Virus record (IMG/VR): IMGVR_UViG_3300025093_000012
Span: 1-64,000 of that record
Length of the DNA: 64,000 nt
Direction: 5' to 3' (one strand)
From: a virus
Part shown: positions 17,796 to 27,594 of the stretch, piece after piece
How positions within the stretch are numbered: position 1 is the first letter of the stretch
Layout of the letters: each line of letters opens with the position of its first letter
The notes under the pieces: model-generated
What the model saw: only the letters and a program-made list of their open reading frames with translations
What the model was told of the DNA's origin: nothing
Databases searched by the model: none
Program-made: the position numbers and the translations under genes

Positions 17796-18952
17796 ATATT
17801 TCAGATCAACTTGCTAGAGCAAGTAAGACCCTTATACTAGATGAGCCCTTTTACGGGCTCTTTTTAGTTGGGTTAAATAAAGTTATACGTAAAGACATAC
17901 CTACTGCAGGTGTGAGTAAAAATGGTATAGGTGTTCAACTATCTATTAACCCAACATTCTTTTCTGAGTTAGATGATAAGAAAAGGATTGGTTTGTTGAA
18001 GCATGAGCTTCTTCATATATCCTTTGGTCACTTGGTAATGAGAGATAGATATGATAATCATAAGCTATTTAATATTGCAGCAGATCTTGAAATCAATCAA
18101 TACATTGGTAGAGATTATTTACCAGAAGGTGGTATAACTATGGATACTTTTCCTGAGTTAGATTTACCTGAGAAAGCAGGTACTGCAAAGTATTATGAAC
18201 TCTTACAACAGGCTAAGCAAGATGGGACATCTCCATCATTAGAATCTTTGATGGATCAAATGAATGGTGATAGTCAATATGATCATACTACATGGGATGA
18301 GTTTGATGAATTATCTGAAGCAGAAAAGAAACTAGTTCAAAAACAAATTGAGCATCAGTTAAAAGAAACTGCAGAGCAAACTGAGAAAAAGCGTGGTAAC
18401 ATACCAGGTGAACTTGCTGAATTGATTGGCAGACTAAGACATATTGAACCTGCTAAGTTTGATTGGAAAGGTTATCTCAGAAGATTTGTAGGGAACTCTA
18501 GTGTATCATATACTAAAAAGCTAAGACGTAAGCATAATAAAAGATATACGGAGAATCCAGGACTTAAGATTAAGTTTAAGAATAATATACTTGTTGGTGT
18601 TGACACATCAGGATCAGTATCTAGTTCTGAACTAAAGGAATTTATGAATGAGTTGTGTCATATGCATAAGACTGGTCATAAGATTACAGTTGCACAATGT
18701 GATACACGTTTGAATTCAGTAGAAGAGTTCAATCCAAAAAAGGATTGGGAGATCAAAGGTAGAGGTGGTACAGACTTTCAACCTGTAATTGATCACTTTA
18801 ATGAAAAGAGAGGGACATATACAGCCCTTATATATTTAACTGACGGAGAAGCATACTCTCCAGAGAACTGTCCACAAAATACCTTATGGGTACATAGTTC
18901 TCGTTGTAATATTAATGAAGACTTACCAGGTCTAAAAATCCAATTAAATTAA
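17789..18952 (+). CDS. DUF2201-type metallopeptidase plus vWA domain protein
   Basis: HELLH zincin motif, NIAADLEIN, MIDAS DTSGS, GRGGTDF, TDG. Confidence 0.9.
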   Translation: MVNISDQLARASKTLILDEPFYGLFLVGLNKVIRKDIPTAGVSKNGIGVQLSINPTFFSELDDKKRIGLLKHELLHISFGHLVMRDRYDNHKLFNIAADLEINQYIGRDYLPEGGITMDTFPELDLPEKAGTAKYYELLQQAKQDGTSPSLESLMDQMNGDSQYDHTTWDEFDELSEAEKKLVQKQIEHQLKETAEQTEKKRGNIPGELAELIGRLRHIEPAKFDWKGYLRRFVGNSSVSYTKKLRRKHNKRYTENPGLKIKFKNNILVGVDTSGSVSSSELKEFMNELCHMHKTGHKITVAQCDTRLNSVEEFNPKKDWEIKGRGGTDFQPVIDHFNEKRGTYTALIYLTDGEAYSPENCPQNTLWVHSSRCNINEDLPGLKIQLN

Positions 18953-18959
18953 AATAATT

Positions 18960-20222
18960 ATGGCACAAGTAAATTTGAATATTGAAGAAGTAAAAGGTTT
19001 TGTAAACCATATAATTGAGAACAATAGATTCTTGCAAGAAGGAGGTAAAAATCCTGTAGCTATTGAAATTGTAGGTGAGTCTGGTATTGGTAAGACCTCT
19101 ACTGTTATTGAATTGGCTAAAGAAAACAATTTGAATTTTGTTAAACTTAATCTTGCACAGATTGAAGAGCTTGGTGATTTAGTTGGTTTTCCTGTACGTC
19201 AGTTTCAGATGTATAAAGAAAAGCAAGTTGCAAAGAAGCTTGATGATCTAACATATACTGCTGCACAGAAAGCTGCAGCTGCTGCTCAAGTTGGTAATGC
19301 TTCTGTCACAAAGAAAGTTGGACAGTGGGTTGATGAACTTGCTGTTGAAGAATATCTGAGACAAGGTTGGAAAATGACAGGTAAGAATAGAATGTCTTAC
19401 TGTGCACCTGAGTGGATTGCAGACAAAAAAGATGGAGGCATCCTTCTTCTTGATGACTGGAACCGTGCAGATGTTAGATTCATCCAGGCTGTGATGGAGT
19501 TGGTTGATAGACAAACTTACATCTCTTGGGCTCTTCCAAAAGACTGGCATATCATATTGACTAGTAATCCAGATAATGGAGACTATATGGTTAATAGTAT
19601 TGACTCAGCTCAAAAGACTCGTTACATTACTGCAAACTTGAAGTTTGATGTAGATGTATGGGCCAAGTGGGCAGAAGAAGCAGGAATTGATACACGTTGT
19701 ATTAACTTCTTGTTGCTACATCCAGAGTTGGTTACACAAGAGACTAATGCAAGATCTATTACTACGTTCTTTAATGCTATTTCTAGCTTTGAATCTTTTG
19801 AGGATAACCTTTCTCTAATTCAAATGATTGGTGAAGGTAGTGTTGGTGATGCATTTGCATCTATGTTTACCACCTTTATTAATAACAAACTGGACAAGCT
19901 TGTTACACCTAAAGATCTATTGACTCATGATAATGAGCAGTATATTCTTGGTGAACTTAGAAGTTGTGTTGGAAAGGATGACAATTACAGAGCAGATATT
20001 GCTTCAACTCTAGCTACTAGATTGGCAAACTATTCTGTAGTTTATTCTAAGGAAAACAAGATTGACCAGAAGATTACTGATAGATTGATTTCACTATGTA
20101 CTAAGGATTACTTTACTGATGATCTTAAGTATTTGGTAGTGCGTACAATCTTTAATGGTAACAAGCAGAAGTTTAACAAGATGATGATGAATCCAGAAAT
20201 CATCAAAATGACTGTAAAGTAA
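18960..20222 (+). CDS. MoxR-like AAA+ ATPase
   Basis: GESGIGKT, LLLDDWNRA, TSNP, DSAQKTR. Confidence 0.88.
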   Translation: MAQVNLNIEEVKGFVNHIIENNRFLQEGGKNPVAIEIVGESGIGKTSTVIELAKENNLNFVKLNLAQIEELGDLVGFPVRQFQMYKEKQVAKKLDDLTYTAAQKAAAAAQVGNASVTKKVGQWVDELAVEEYLRQGWKMTGKNRMSYCAPEWIADKKDGGILLLDDWNRADVRFIQAVMELVDRQTYISWALPKDWHIILTSNPDNGDYMVNSIDSAQKTRYITANLKFDVDVWAKWAEEAGIDTRCINFLLLHPELVTQETNARSITTFFNAISSFESFEDNLSLIQMIGEGSVGDAFASMFTTFINNKLDKLVTPKDLLTHDNEQYILGELRSCVGKDDNYRADIASTLATRLANYSVVYSKENKIDQKITDRLISLCTKDYFTDDLKYLVVRTIFNGNKQKFNKMMMNPEIIKMTVK

Positions 20223-20223
20223 T

Positions 20224-21267
20224 ATGGCAAGAACTGTACACCAGGAGTTTAATCCTGATGCAGTTGCTCACTTTGGTATCAGCTGTGACCCTTATGGGGT
20301 CATGGTTGATTCAAGTGGCAACTTTGAAACTGTATTTATAGATGAGTCAGAGAGATTAACAAAAAGATTAATTAATATTCTTGACAAGTCTGACTGTGAT
20401 GTCCAACCAGACATGACATTATATAAAAGAGCATTTGTTCTTCCTAATTGTCCTGTATCAAATGATAGAATAAAATCTGCATTGAAAGAGCATAGTATTA
20501 CTATTACTAAAGATTTATCAAAAGCAGATATAATTGTATCTCATACTGATATAGATACCTCAAGGGAAAATGGAGTTAACATTAACCATAATTACATGTT
20601 TAATCATTTATGGAATTATAGTTCAATTGACACTGGAAATGTTTTGATAGATAACTATTGTAATGAAAATGCAAGAGAGGGTGTAAAGGCTAGAGTAATA
20701 CTTGATGCAAAAGCTGAAGAGTGGATTAACCGTTATAATGTTATGTATCACAGCATGCCTTATGATTCATATTTAATCACAGGTCTTGCAGTTAATGTTG
20801 CATATGAAGCTGAAGTTAATGGTATTCCTGTGTTTGATGTACAAAAAGTTATGCATCAGTCTGCAAATAAGATAAATATCACTGAACAATTGATGTCTGA
20901 TATTTCATCTATGGTGTCATCTGGAGGTGAGGATAATTGGAATATGATTGGAGCAATACTTCCTACTATTGATTATAAATATAAGCCACATCTTATATGG
21001 CAGTTAAGTCAAGATATAGGTCATTCTTTATATAGGATTAAAAGAAATAAAGATGTGCAATACTGGAGAAGTGCTTCTGACTTTGATCTGTATTACAATA
21101 TGTCTGCATTAGATATGATTCAACACATGGAAAAATCAAACATATTGAATAGTGAATCATTTAAGTTTCTAGAATCTATTGTAAGAAAAGAAATTAGAAT
21201 TGACAATAGAGACTTATATGTATTTAAAGTGAATGTGAAACCTGAATATAAAAAATATTTAAAATGA
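20224..21267 (+). CDS. hypothetical protein with possible BRCT-like segment
   Basis: 347 aa; ITITKDLSKADIIVS; paralog-like similarity to the next ORF. Confidence 0.65.
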   Translation: MARTVHQEFNPDAVAHFGISCDPYGVMVDSSGNFETVFIDESERLTKRLINILDKSDCDVQPDMTLYKRAFVLPNCPVSNDRIKSALKEHSITITKDLSKADIIVSHTDIDTSRENGVNINHNYMFNHLWNYSSIDTGNVLIDNYCNENAREGVKARVILDAKAEEWINRYNVMYHSMPYDSYLITGLAVNVAYEAEVNGIPVFDVQKVMHQSANKINITEQLMSDISSMVSSGGEDNWNMIGAILPTIDYKYKPHLIWQLSQDIGHSLYRIKRNKDVQYWRSASDFDLYYNMSALDMIQHMEKSNILNSESFKFLESIVRKEIRIDNRDLYVFKVNVKPEYKKYLK

Positions 21268-22469
21268 GAAAGTTAATTGAAATAAAATGTATAGGTAATT
21301 CAAAACACTATAATATAAAAGGTGAAGATCTTGGTTATTATCTAGGTGTTGCAGATAGATGGGGTGCTAGTATACTTGCAGCTGATCCAATCAATGGTGT
21401 CAAGCTTGAAAACAAAGACCACATTGATTCAGATTATATTACTAATAATGTGAATCATCTTTATAGATTACCAAAACTATCCTTGTCAAGAGATAAGTTA
21501 TCTTTGTTGCAAGAGAAATGTGATTTTAAAGTTACTAGAAATAAATCTAAAGCAGATTTAATTGCTATATCAGATAAGACTTTGGATTCTTTACAGGTTA
21601 TAACTTGGAATTCTGCTCCAGCTTTATTTAAAGATATAAAGCAAAAGATTTATAGTCTTATAAATAATTCTAAATTATCTACTGAGATGAAAGATGAATT
21701 TATTGAAGGCTTTCAAAGCGTAGAAGCAATATATGGTGATGATGTATATCTTTTAGCTGATCATAGTTATTACAGTGGATCTTCAGATCCTTTAACTGTG
21801 TTTTTACAAGCTTTTTATTCTTTATGTAGGAACAATAATCCTAGAGCTTATATTGGTTATATACCTAATGAGGCTTATGATACATATAAGTTTATAATGG
21901 CCAATAAGGATAAGCTTATAACTGATACACAGTTGAATGAACTTTGCACTGAAGATTCAATACCACTAGATAAAGAATCTTTTAAAAGTATACATAAACT
22001 TGTTGTTTCTGAAGACATGGAAAATGTAAGTGTTGGTTTGACTATGATAGCTAATTGTAATCAAGAAGCTTCTAAAACATTTTTATCTTTATTGTTTGCC
22101 TTTAATTCTGAGAGTATGAAAAGATCTAAAGTTTGGAACCAGGTTAACTTCAAACATTTAAGAAGTAAGTATAGTGCTTACGTTAATATGTCTCTTGGTC
22201 AGTGGGGTGGTCAATATGATTACCTTGTAAAGCAAATGTGTAATGATAAGTGTCTTACTTTATTTGCATCAAAGGTTATTGCTAATACAATGTTTAAAAG
22301 AGTTCTTCAAGGTTACAGTGCAGCAGGTAATAAAGATTCTGTATTTACATTATCTCCTGCAGATTTAAAGTTGAAACCTGAATATGCTAACCAGATTATT
22401 AATGAATCTGATACTAGGTTAAGCAATGTTATTAATGCTGGAGGCCATAATGATGATTTACCCTTTTAG
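21264..22469 (+). CDS. hypothetical protein with possible BRCT-like segment
   Basis: 401 aa; FKVTRNKSKADLIAIS. Confidence 0.65.
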   Translation: MRKLIEIKCIGNSKHYNIKGEDLGYYLGVADRWGASILAADPINGVKLENKDHIDSDYITNNVNHLYRLPKLSLSRDKLSLLQEKCDFKVTRNKSKADLIAISDKTLDSLQVITWNSAPALFKDIKQKIYSLINNSKLSTEMKDEFIEGFQSVEAIYGDDVYLLADHSYYSGSSDPLTVFLQAFYSLCRNNNPRAYIGYIPNEAYDTYKFIMANKDKLITDTQLNELCTEDSIPLDKESFKSIHKLVVSEDMENVSVGLTMIANCNQEASKTFLSLLFAFNSESMKRSKVWNQVNFKHLRSKYSAYVNMSLGQWGGQYDYLVKQMCNDKCLTLFASKVIANTMFKRVLQGYSAAGNKDSVFTLSPADLKLKPEYANQIINESDTRLSNVINAGGHNDDLPF

Positions 22470-22574
22470 ATTTTAGTTTAGTGAATCATTTCCAGCTGTA
22501 GAAAGGAGCACGGGTTAGATTGAAAAAACTATCTTGTGGAAGCCCGTGCTTCTTCTACTTAATTATTTTATATT

Positions 22575-23555
22575 ATGAAAAGAGATCCAATAAAAGAAGA
22601 AAATTTTTACAGTGGGGATTATAAGTTTAGTTACTCATCATTGAACAAGCTTTTATTCTCACCTCAACTTTTTTATAAAGATTATATCCTTAAAGAAAGG
22701 GAAGAGAAGACAGATAAACACCTCATTGAAGGTAAGTTGTTACACCTGTTGTTATTGCAACCAGAGAAACTACATGAAGAGTTTTCTATTGTCCCTAATA
22801 AAGTACCATCAGATAATGTTCGTAAAGTCTTAAATGATTTAAAGAAGGTTGCTGCTGGTGATTTGAATGGTCTTGGTTTAGAGATTCTACAAATATTAAA
22901 GGAACACAATCTATATCAATCTTTCAAAGAAGATGAAAAAAGACTAAGCAAAATTCAGACTACTGAAAATGCAGAGTATTTTAAGTTCTTACTTGAGAGT
23001 GGTAAAGATGTGATAGATAATGATATGTTATCTAAAGCCAATGAAAGAGTAGATATTATCAAAGCCAATCCTACAGTGATGAGTTTGCTAGAAGATAATG
23101 TTACTGACTTTGAGATGGATCCAATTGAATCATACAATGAGAAGTATCTTGAATGCAATCTTAAGGACCATAACTTTGGTTTAAAAGGTTATATAGATAG
23201 ATATGTTATTGATCATGAGTCAAAAGAGATTACAATCATTGACTTTAAGACTACATCTAAACCATTGGATAAGTTTGCAGAGACGGTAGACTATTATAAC
23301 TATTGGATGCAAGCAGTTATCTACATTACTCTGGTGATAAAAAGTCATGAGCAGGACATTACTGATTACAAAATTAATTTTAAGTTTGTAGTAATTGATA
23401 GTTATGATCAAGTATACACATTTGATGTTGCTGATGAAACAAAATCAGAGTGGTACACAGGTTTCTATGAAGTATTAGAACAAGCCAAATACCACTATGA
23501 TGAAAGAGATTATACTTTACCCTATCAATTTGCAAAAGGTAACGTTATCTTGTAG
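22575..23555 (+). CDS. PD-(D/E)XK exonuclease (RecE/Cas4-like)
   Basis: SYSSL, G.LLH, KGYIDRY...IIDFKT, YWMQAVIY. Confidence 0.85.
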   Translation: MKRDPIKEENFYSGDYKFSYSSLNKLLFSPQLFYKDYILKEREEKTDKHLIEGKLLHLLLLQPEKLHEEFSIVPNKVPSDNVRKVLNDLKKVAAGDLNGLGLEILQILKEHNLYQSFKEDEKRLSKIQTTENAEYFKFLLESGKDVIDNDMLSKANERVDIIKANPTVMSLLEDNVTDFEMDPIESYNEKYLECNLKDHNFGLKGYIDRYVIDHESKEITIIDFKTTSKPLDKFAETVDYYNYWMQAVIYITLVIKSHEQDITDYKINFKFVVIDSYDQVYTFDVADETKSEWYTGFYEVLEQAKYHYDERDYTLPYQFAKGNVIL

Positions 23556-24118
23556 TGGAAGGTTTATATAAAGAATATTTTCAAAAGAGTAAAATCTTTT
23601 TGTATCCTTTATTAGGGATAAAAAAAGGTGCAAGGTTTGTTCCTGTACAAACATACATTTCATGGGGTGAAAAGTATAGTGAGTGCAGGAGCAAATTGCT
23701 CTGTCTTTATACTTTAGATGAAGATAATTTGAAAGACTTTATAGATTTTAGTAATGGTGTTCTTGAGACATCAAAGTTTTATGTAGAAAAAAATGAAATA
23801 GATAAATATAATATAGTATATATTTTCAATCTTAAAGGTTATGGTACTGACTACAAGAAATTTATCAACGGAAAGTATTCTAAATTTAAAAAAGCAACTA
23901 AAGAAAAGATCATAGCATTCTTTGGAGAGTATGGAAAGTCTGCAGAATATGTAGAAAGTTATCTATACCCTGAATATTATTGGGATGATTATGCAAGTTT
24001 TCTAGCAATAAGAGCTGAGGATCTTCAAGCTGTTGGAGAACTGTGTAGTTTACCAGATTTAGAGAAAGAAAACTTTGAAAAAGATTTGGAAATTATAAAA
24101 AATGAATTAAGTTTGTAA
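23555..24118 (+). CDS. hypothetical protein
   Basis: 187 aa, GTG start overlapping the upstream stop. Confidence 0.7.
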   Translation: MEGLYKEYFQKSKIFLYPLLGIKKGARFVPVQTYISWGEKYSECRSKLLCLYTLDEDNLKDFIDFSNGVLETSKFYVEKNEIDKYNIVYIFNLKGYGTDYKKFINGKYSKFKKATKEKIIAFFGEYGKSAEYVESYLYPEYYWDDYASFLAIRAEDLQAVGELCSLPDLEKENFEKDLEIIKNELSL

Positions 24119-24135
24119 CCTTAAATAAAACTGAT

Positions 24136-24585
24136 ATGGCAAAGAAAACAAAAAAGTATGTAGAGGATAACCCAAAGAGCATGATGCTAGTCAAGAGTGC
24201 TTTTGGCTCTATGAAAAGCTTTAAGCTTATTCCTATTACTAATGACTGTCCTTATGTAGAGTGTTTATTTTCACCTGAACAAAAGATGATGGTTGTTATT
24301 ACTAAGTTTATGAAACAAAGTTATCATATGGTACAAAAGCTAGATGATAATGGAGATCCTGTACCTGTAAAAGGTAAACCAAGGGAAAATGGTAAACAGT
24401 TCAGAGAAGAAAGAAGACTTGTTGATACTTGTTCAGAGCAGTACATTGTTACTGAAGAAGAGATTAGAGAAATTATTGACATGTTTGCTGTAAATCCAGA
24501 TGCATTTGACTTAGATGAGTTCTTCCTAAGTGATAGTAATATCATTGGTGGAACTGCAGAAAAACCGTTGATTACAGCGGTATAG
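24136..24585 (+). CDS. hypothetical protein
   Basis: 149 aa; TAAGTTTG at 24108-24115 upstream. Confidence 0.7.
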   Translation: MAKKTKKYVEDNPKSMMLVKSAFGSMKSFKLIPITNDCPYVECLFSPEQKMMVVITKFMKQSYHMVQKLDDNGDPVPVKGKPRENGKQFREERRLVDTCSEQYIVTEEEIREIIDMFAVNPDAFDLDEFFLSDSNIIGGTAEKPLITAV

Positions 24586-24627
24586 GTCTGAGGTCCTATA
24601 AATCCTCCTTTTATTTATTTTTTCACT

Positions 24628-24662
24628 GGAAGAGGGCCTATCAACATGGGCCCTTTTCTTTT
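24628..24662 (+). terminator. intrinsic terminator
   Basis: GAAGAGGGCCTA-loop-TGGGCCCTTTTC followed by Ts. Confidence 0.75.
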
Positions 24663-24685
24663 GTACTAACTAATACTGACATGAC

Positions 24686-26587
24686 ATGAATCATTGGATA
24701 ATGGATTATGAAACTTTGTCAAACTGTTTTGTAGCCGTATTCAAACATTACAAAACAGATGAGACACATATTTATTCTGTATGTAAATTGCAGAATGATT
24801 ATGAAAAGTTTATTGATTTCCTAAAACAAAATATAGAAAATAAGGAGTGGCACATATCTTATAATGGATTGGCGTTTGATGCCCAGGTAACTCACAATAT
24901 AATTAAACATCATGATCAACTCCGTGACATGGAGGGAGAGGATGTTGCACATGAGATATATAAATATGCTCAAGCTTGCATTCAGAAATCTAATGATGGT
25001 GAGTTTCAAGAGTATGCTGAATGGAATATGTCTATAAAACAAATTGACGTTTTTAAATTGAATCATTGGGATAATGCTGCTAAAAGATCTAGTCTTAAAT
25101 GGATTCAGTATAGTATGGATTGGGACAACATGGTTGACATGCCGTTACCTCATGATACAAAAATAAATACACAACAACAACTTGATATGATAATTAGTTA
25201 TTGTATTAATGATGTTGACTCAACAAAAGAAATTTTTAATCAGTGTAAACCTTTGATTGCATTACGTAAGAACCTTACTGATCAGTATGGTATTAACTTA
25301 TATAGTGCATCTGAACCACGGATCAGTAAAGAACTATTTGCATACTACCTAAGTAAGGAGTTAAGAATATCAAAGTATGAATTAAAAAAGCTAAGGACGT
25401 ATAGAAATGTAATCAAAGTAAAAGATATACTGCTTGATTATATAAAGTTTAATACTCCTGAGTTTAATAATCTGCTTGACAAGTTTAAGACAGTTGAGGT
25501 AAATCCCAATCAAACTAAAGGAGGTTTTAAGTATTCTGTTATTTACAAAGATGTAAAAACAGACTTTGGTTTGGGTGGTGTTCACGGTTGTAATAAACCA
25601 GGTGTTTATGAATCAGATGAAGAGAATGTAATTATGTCTTCTGATGTTGCAAGCTTTTATCCTAATCTAGCTATTATGAATAAGATTGCACCAGCTCACC
25701 TACCAAAAGATCAGTTCTGTAAACTGTATGAATGGTTCTTTACAGAGAGAAAAAAGATTCCTAAGAGTAATCCTATGAACTATGTATATAAAATTATACT
25801 GAACAGTACATATGGTCTTAGTAATGATAAGAACTCTTTTCTGTATGATCCTCAGTTTACAATGTTTATTACTATCAATGGTCAGCTTACCCTGATGATG
25901 TTATATGAAATGATCATGGAGGCAATACCAGAGGCTATACCATTGATGCAAAATACTGATGGTGTTGAGACAGTGATACCTAGATCTAAAAAAGATTTAT
26001 ATCTAGAAGTGTGCAGGCAATGGGAAGAGATAACTAATCTTGTTCTTGAGCACGGCACATATTCTAAGTTAGTTCTTGCTGATGTCAATAATTATATTGC
26101 AGTAGATGAGAATGGTAAAGCTAAGTGTAAAGGCAGATTTGAATTTGAAGATTTAGCCCTTCATAAAAATAAGTCTAAGCTTATTATACCAAAGGCTCTA
26201 TATGCATACTTTGTTGACGGAACCTTACCAGAACATACACTTAAGCACAATAGAAACATATTAGACTACTGTATAGGTGGAAAGTCTAAAGGTAACTGGC
26301 AGCAGGTATCTAGATCTATTGAGCACAATTTGCCTGTAGAAAGAAAACTACAGAAAATAAATAGATATTACATTTCTAATAATGGTTGTAAGATTATAAA
26401 AGTAAACAAGACTGATGGTCGTGAAATACAATTAGAATCTGGAAGATGGATGCAAACAATAATGAACAATATAGAACACAAAAAGTGGGAAGATTATGAC
26501 ATTAATGAAACATATTATCTAAATGCAATTGAGAAAGAAATAAATAATATCATAGGAATGGAGAGCAATCAACTATTGCTTTTCTAA
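24686..26587 (+). CDS. polB: family B DNA polymerase (crAss-like)
   Basis: Exo motifs DYET, YNGLAFD, YCINDV; pol motifs SDVASFYP, KIILNSTYG, NTDG. Confidence 0.92.
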   Translation: MNHWIMDYETLSNCFVAVFKHYKTDETHIYSVCKLQNDYEKFIDFLKQNIENKEWHISYNGLAFDAQVTHNIIKHHDQLRDMEGEDVAHEIYKYAQACIQKSNDGEFQEYAEWNMSIKQIDVFKLNHWDNAAKRSSLKWIQYSMDWDNMVDMPLPHDTKINTQQQLDMIISYCINDVDSTKEIFNQCKPLIALRKNLTDQYGINLYSASEPRISKELFAYYLSKELRISKYELKKLRTYRNVIKVKDILLDYIKFNTPEFNNLLDKFKTVEVNPNQTKGGFKYSVIYKDVKTDFGLGGVHGCNKPGVYESDEENVIMSSDVASFYPNLAIMNKIAPAHLPKDQFCKLYEWFFTERKKIPKSNPMNYVYKIILNSTYGLSNDKNSFLYDPQFTMFITINGQLTLMMLYEMIMEAIPEAIPLMQNTDGVETVIPRSKKDLYLEVCRQWEEITNLVLEHGTYSKLVLADVNNYIAVDENGKAKCKGRFEFEDLALHKNKSKLIIPKALYAYFVDGTLPEHTLKHNRNILDYCIGGKSKGNWQQVSRSIEHNLPVERKLQKINRYYISNNGCKIIKVNKTDGREIQLESGRWMQTIMNNIEHKKWEDYDINETYYLNAIEKEINNIIGMESNQLLLF

Positions 26588-26623
26588 TAGAATTTAATTA
26601 AATTTGAAACTAAATTATTAAAA

Positions 26624-27496
26624 ATGGGATACAAAAAACCAACTAGTTGCAGTGCAGATTATCTGGCTGCAGCTAAGTTCCCAAATCATGGGAGCACATA
26701 TACAGTAATACGCCATAAATTTCTTATTGATGCTAGCAGAAGTCTATTAAAGACTCATGGTTTTGATATTGTAAATGAGGAATATAAAGCTACTGGAGAT
26801 TGCAATATTGCGCAAGGTATCTACCACATCAAATCACAGCAAGATCCAGAGTTAGGAATGATGTTTGCCTGGACAAACAGTTACAACAAACAAATTAGAT
26901 TTCAATGTGGTATTGGAGCCTATGTATTTGTTTGCAACAACGGAATGGTAGCAGGTGACATGTCAACCTATGCAAGAAAGCATACAGGTAATGCTGACTC
27001 TGAGGCATTTAATCAAATAATGTCACAGATTAAAAATGCCAACAAGCACTATACTAAACTTGTTAATGATAAGGAGGCAATGAAAAATGTATCACTATCT
27101 AATAAGGAGCAGGCAGAACTTGTTGGACGTTTATTTATTGAAGAAGAGTTATTAGATAGTAGCCAAGTTTCTTGCATTAAGAAAGAAATGAACAAGCCAT
27201 CTTATAACTATAATATTGGACAAGATACAGGATGGGCATTTTATAATCATGTTACACATGCATTAAAAATGTCACACCCTAGATCATGGATGTCTGATCA
27301 ACAAAAGTTTCATGAGTTTATGATTGCAGAATGCTTAAGTCAATCTACAATCCAAGCTACTGATGTAAATGAAGTTGAACCAGACTCAATAGATCCAAAC
27401 CAACTTACTCTTGATCAACAATTTGATGAAGACACTGTGATAGAAGAAGCACCTGTCTTTAATATAGATGAAGAGGATTTTGATTTTGAATTATAA
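26624..27496 (+). CDS. DUF932/DUF945-like protein
   Basis: NSYNK...VFVCNNGMV...RKHTG...WAFYNHVT. Confidence 0.75.
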   Translation: MGYKKPTSCSADYLAAAKFPNHGSTYTVIRHKFLIDASRSLLKTHGFDIVNEEYKATGDCNIAQGIYHIKSQQDPELGMMFAWTNSYNKQIRFQCGIGAYVFVCNNGMVAGDMSTYARKHTGNADSEAFNQIMSQIKNANKHYTKLVNDKEAMKNVSLSNKEQAELVGRLFIEEELLDSSQVSCIKKEMNKPSYNYNIGQDTGWAFYNHVTHALKMSHPRSWMSDQQKFHEFMIAECLSQSTIQATDVNEVEPDSIDPNQLTLDQQFDEDTVIEEAPVFNIDEEDFDFEL

Positions 27497-27594
27497 TCTG
27501 AGTCATGTCAGGATGCATGGTAGAGGTTTATCCATCAGAGGATAATTAAATGCGGCCTATTTGTGGTTATGCCTCTATTATGTTTTTATACTAA

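Noticed and set aside
27528-27545. SAM-I riboswitch resemblance (TTATC...GAGG)
   Set aside because: It lacks the P2 kink-turn, GCAACC and P3/P4 elements
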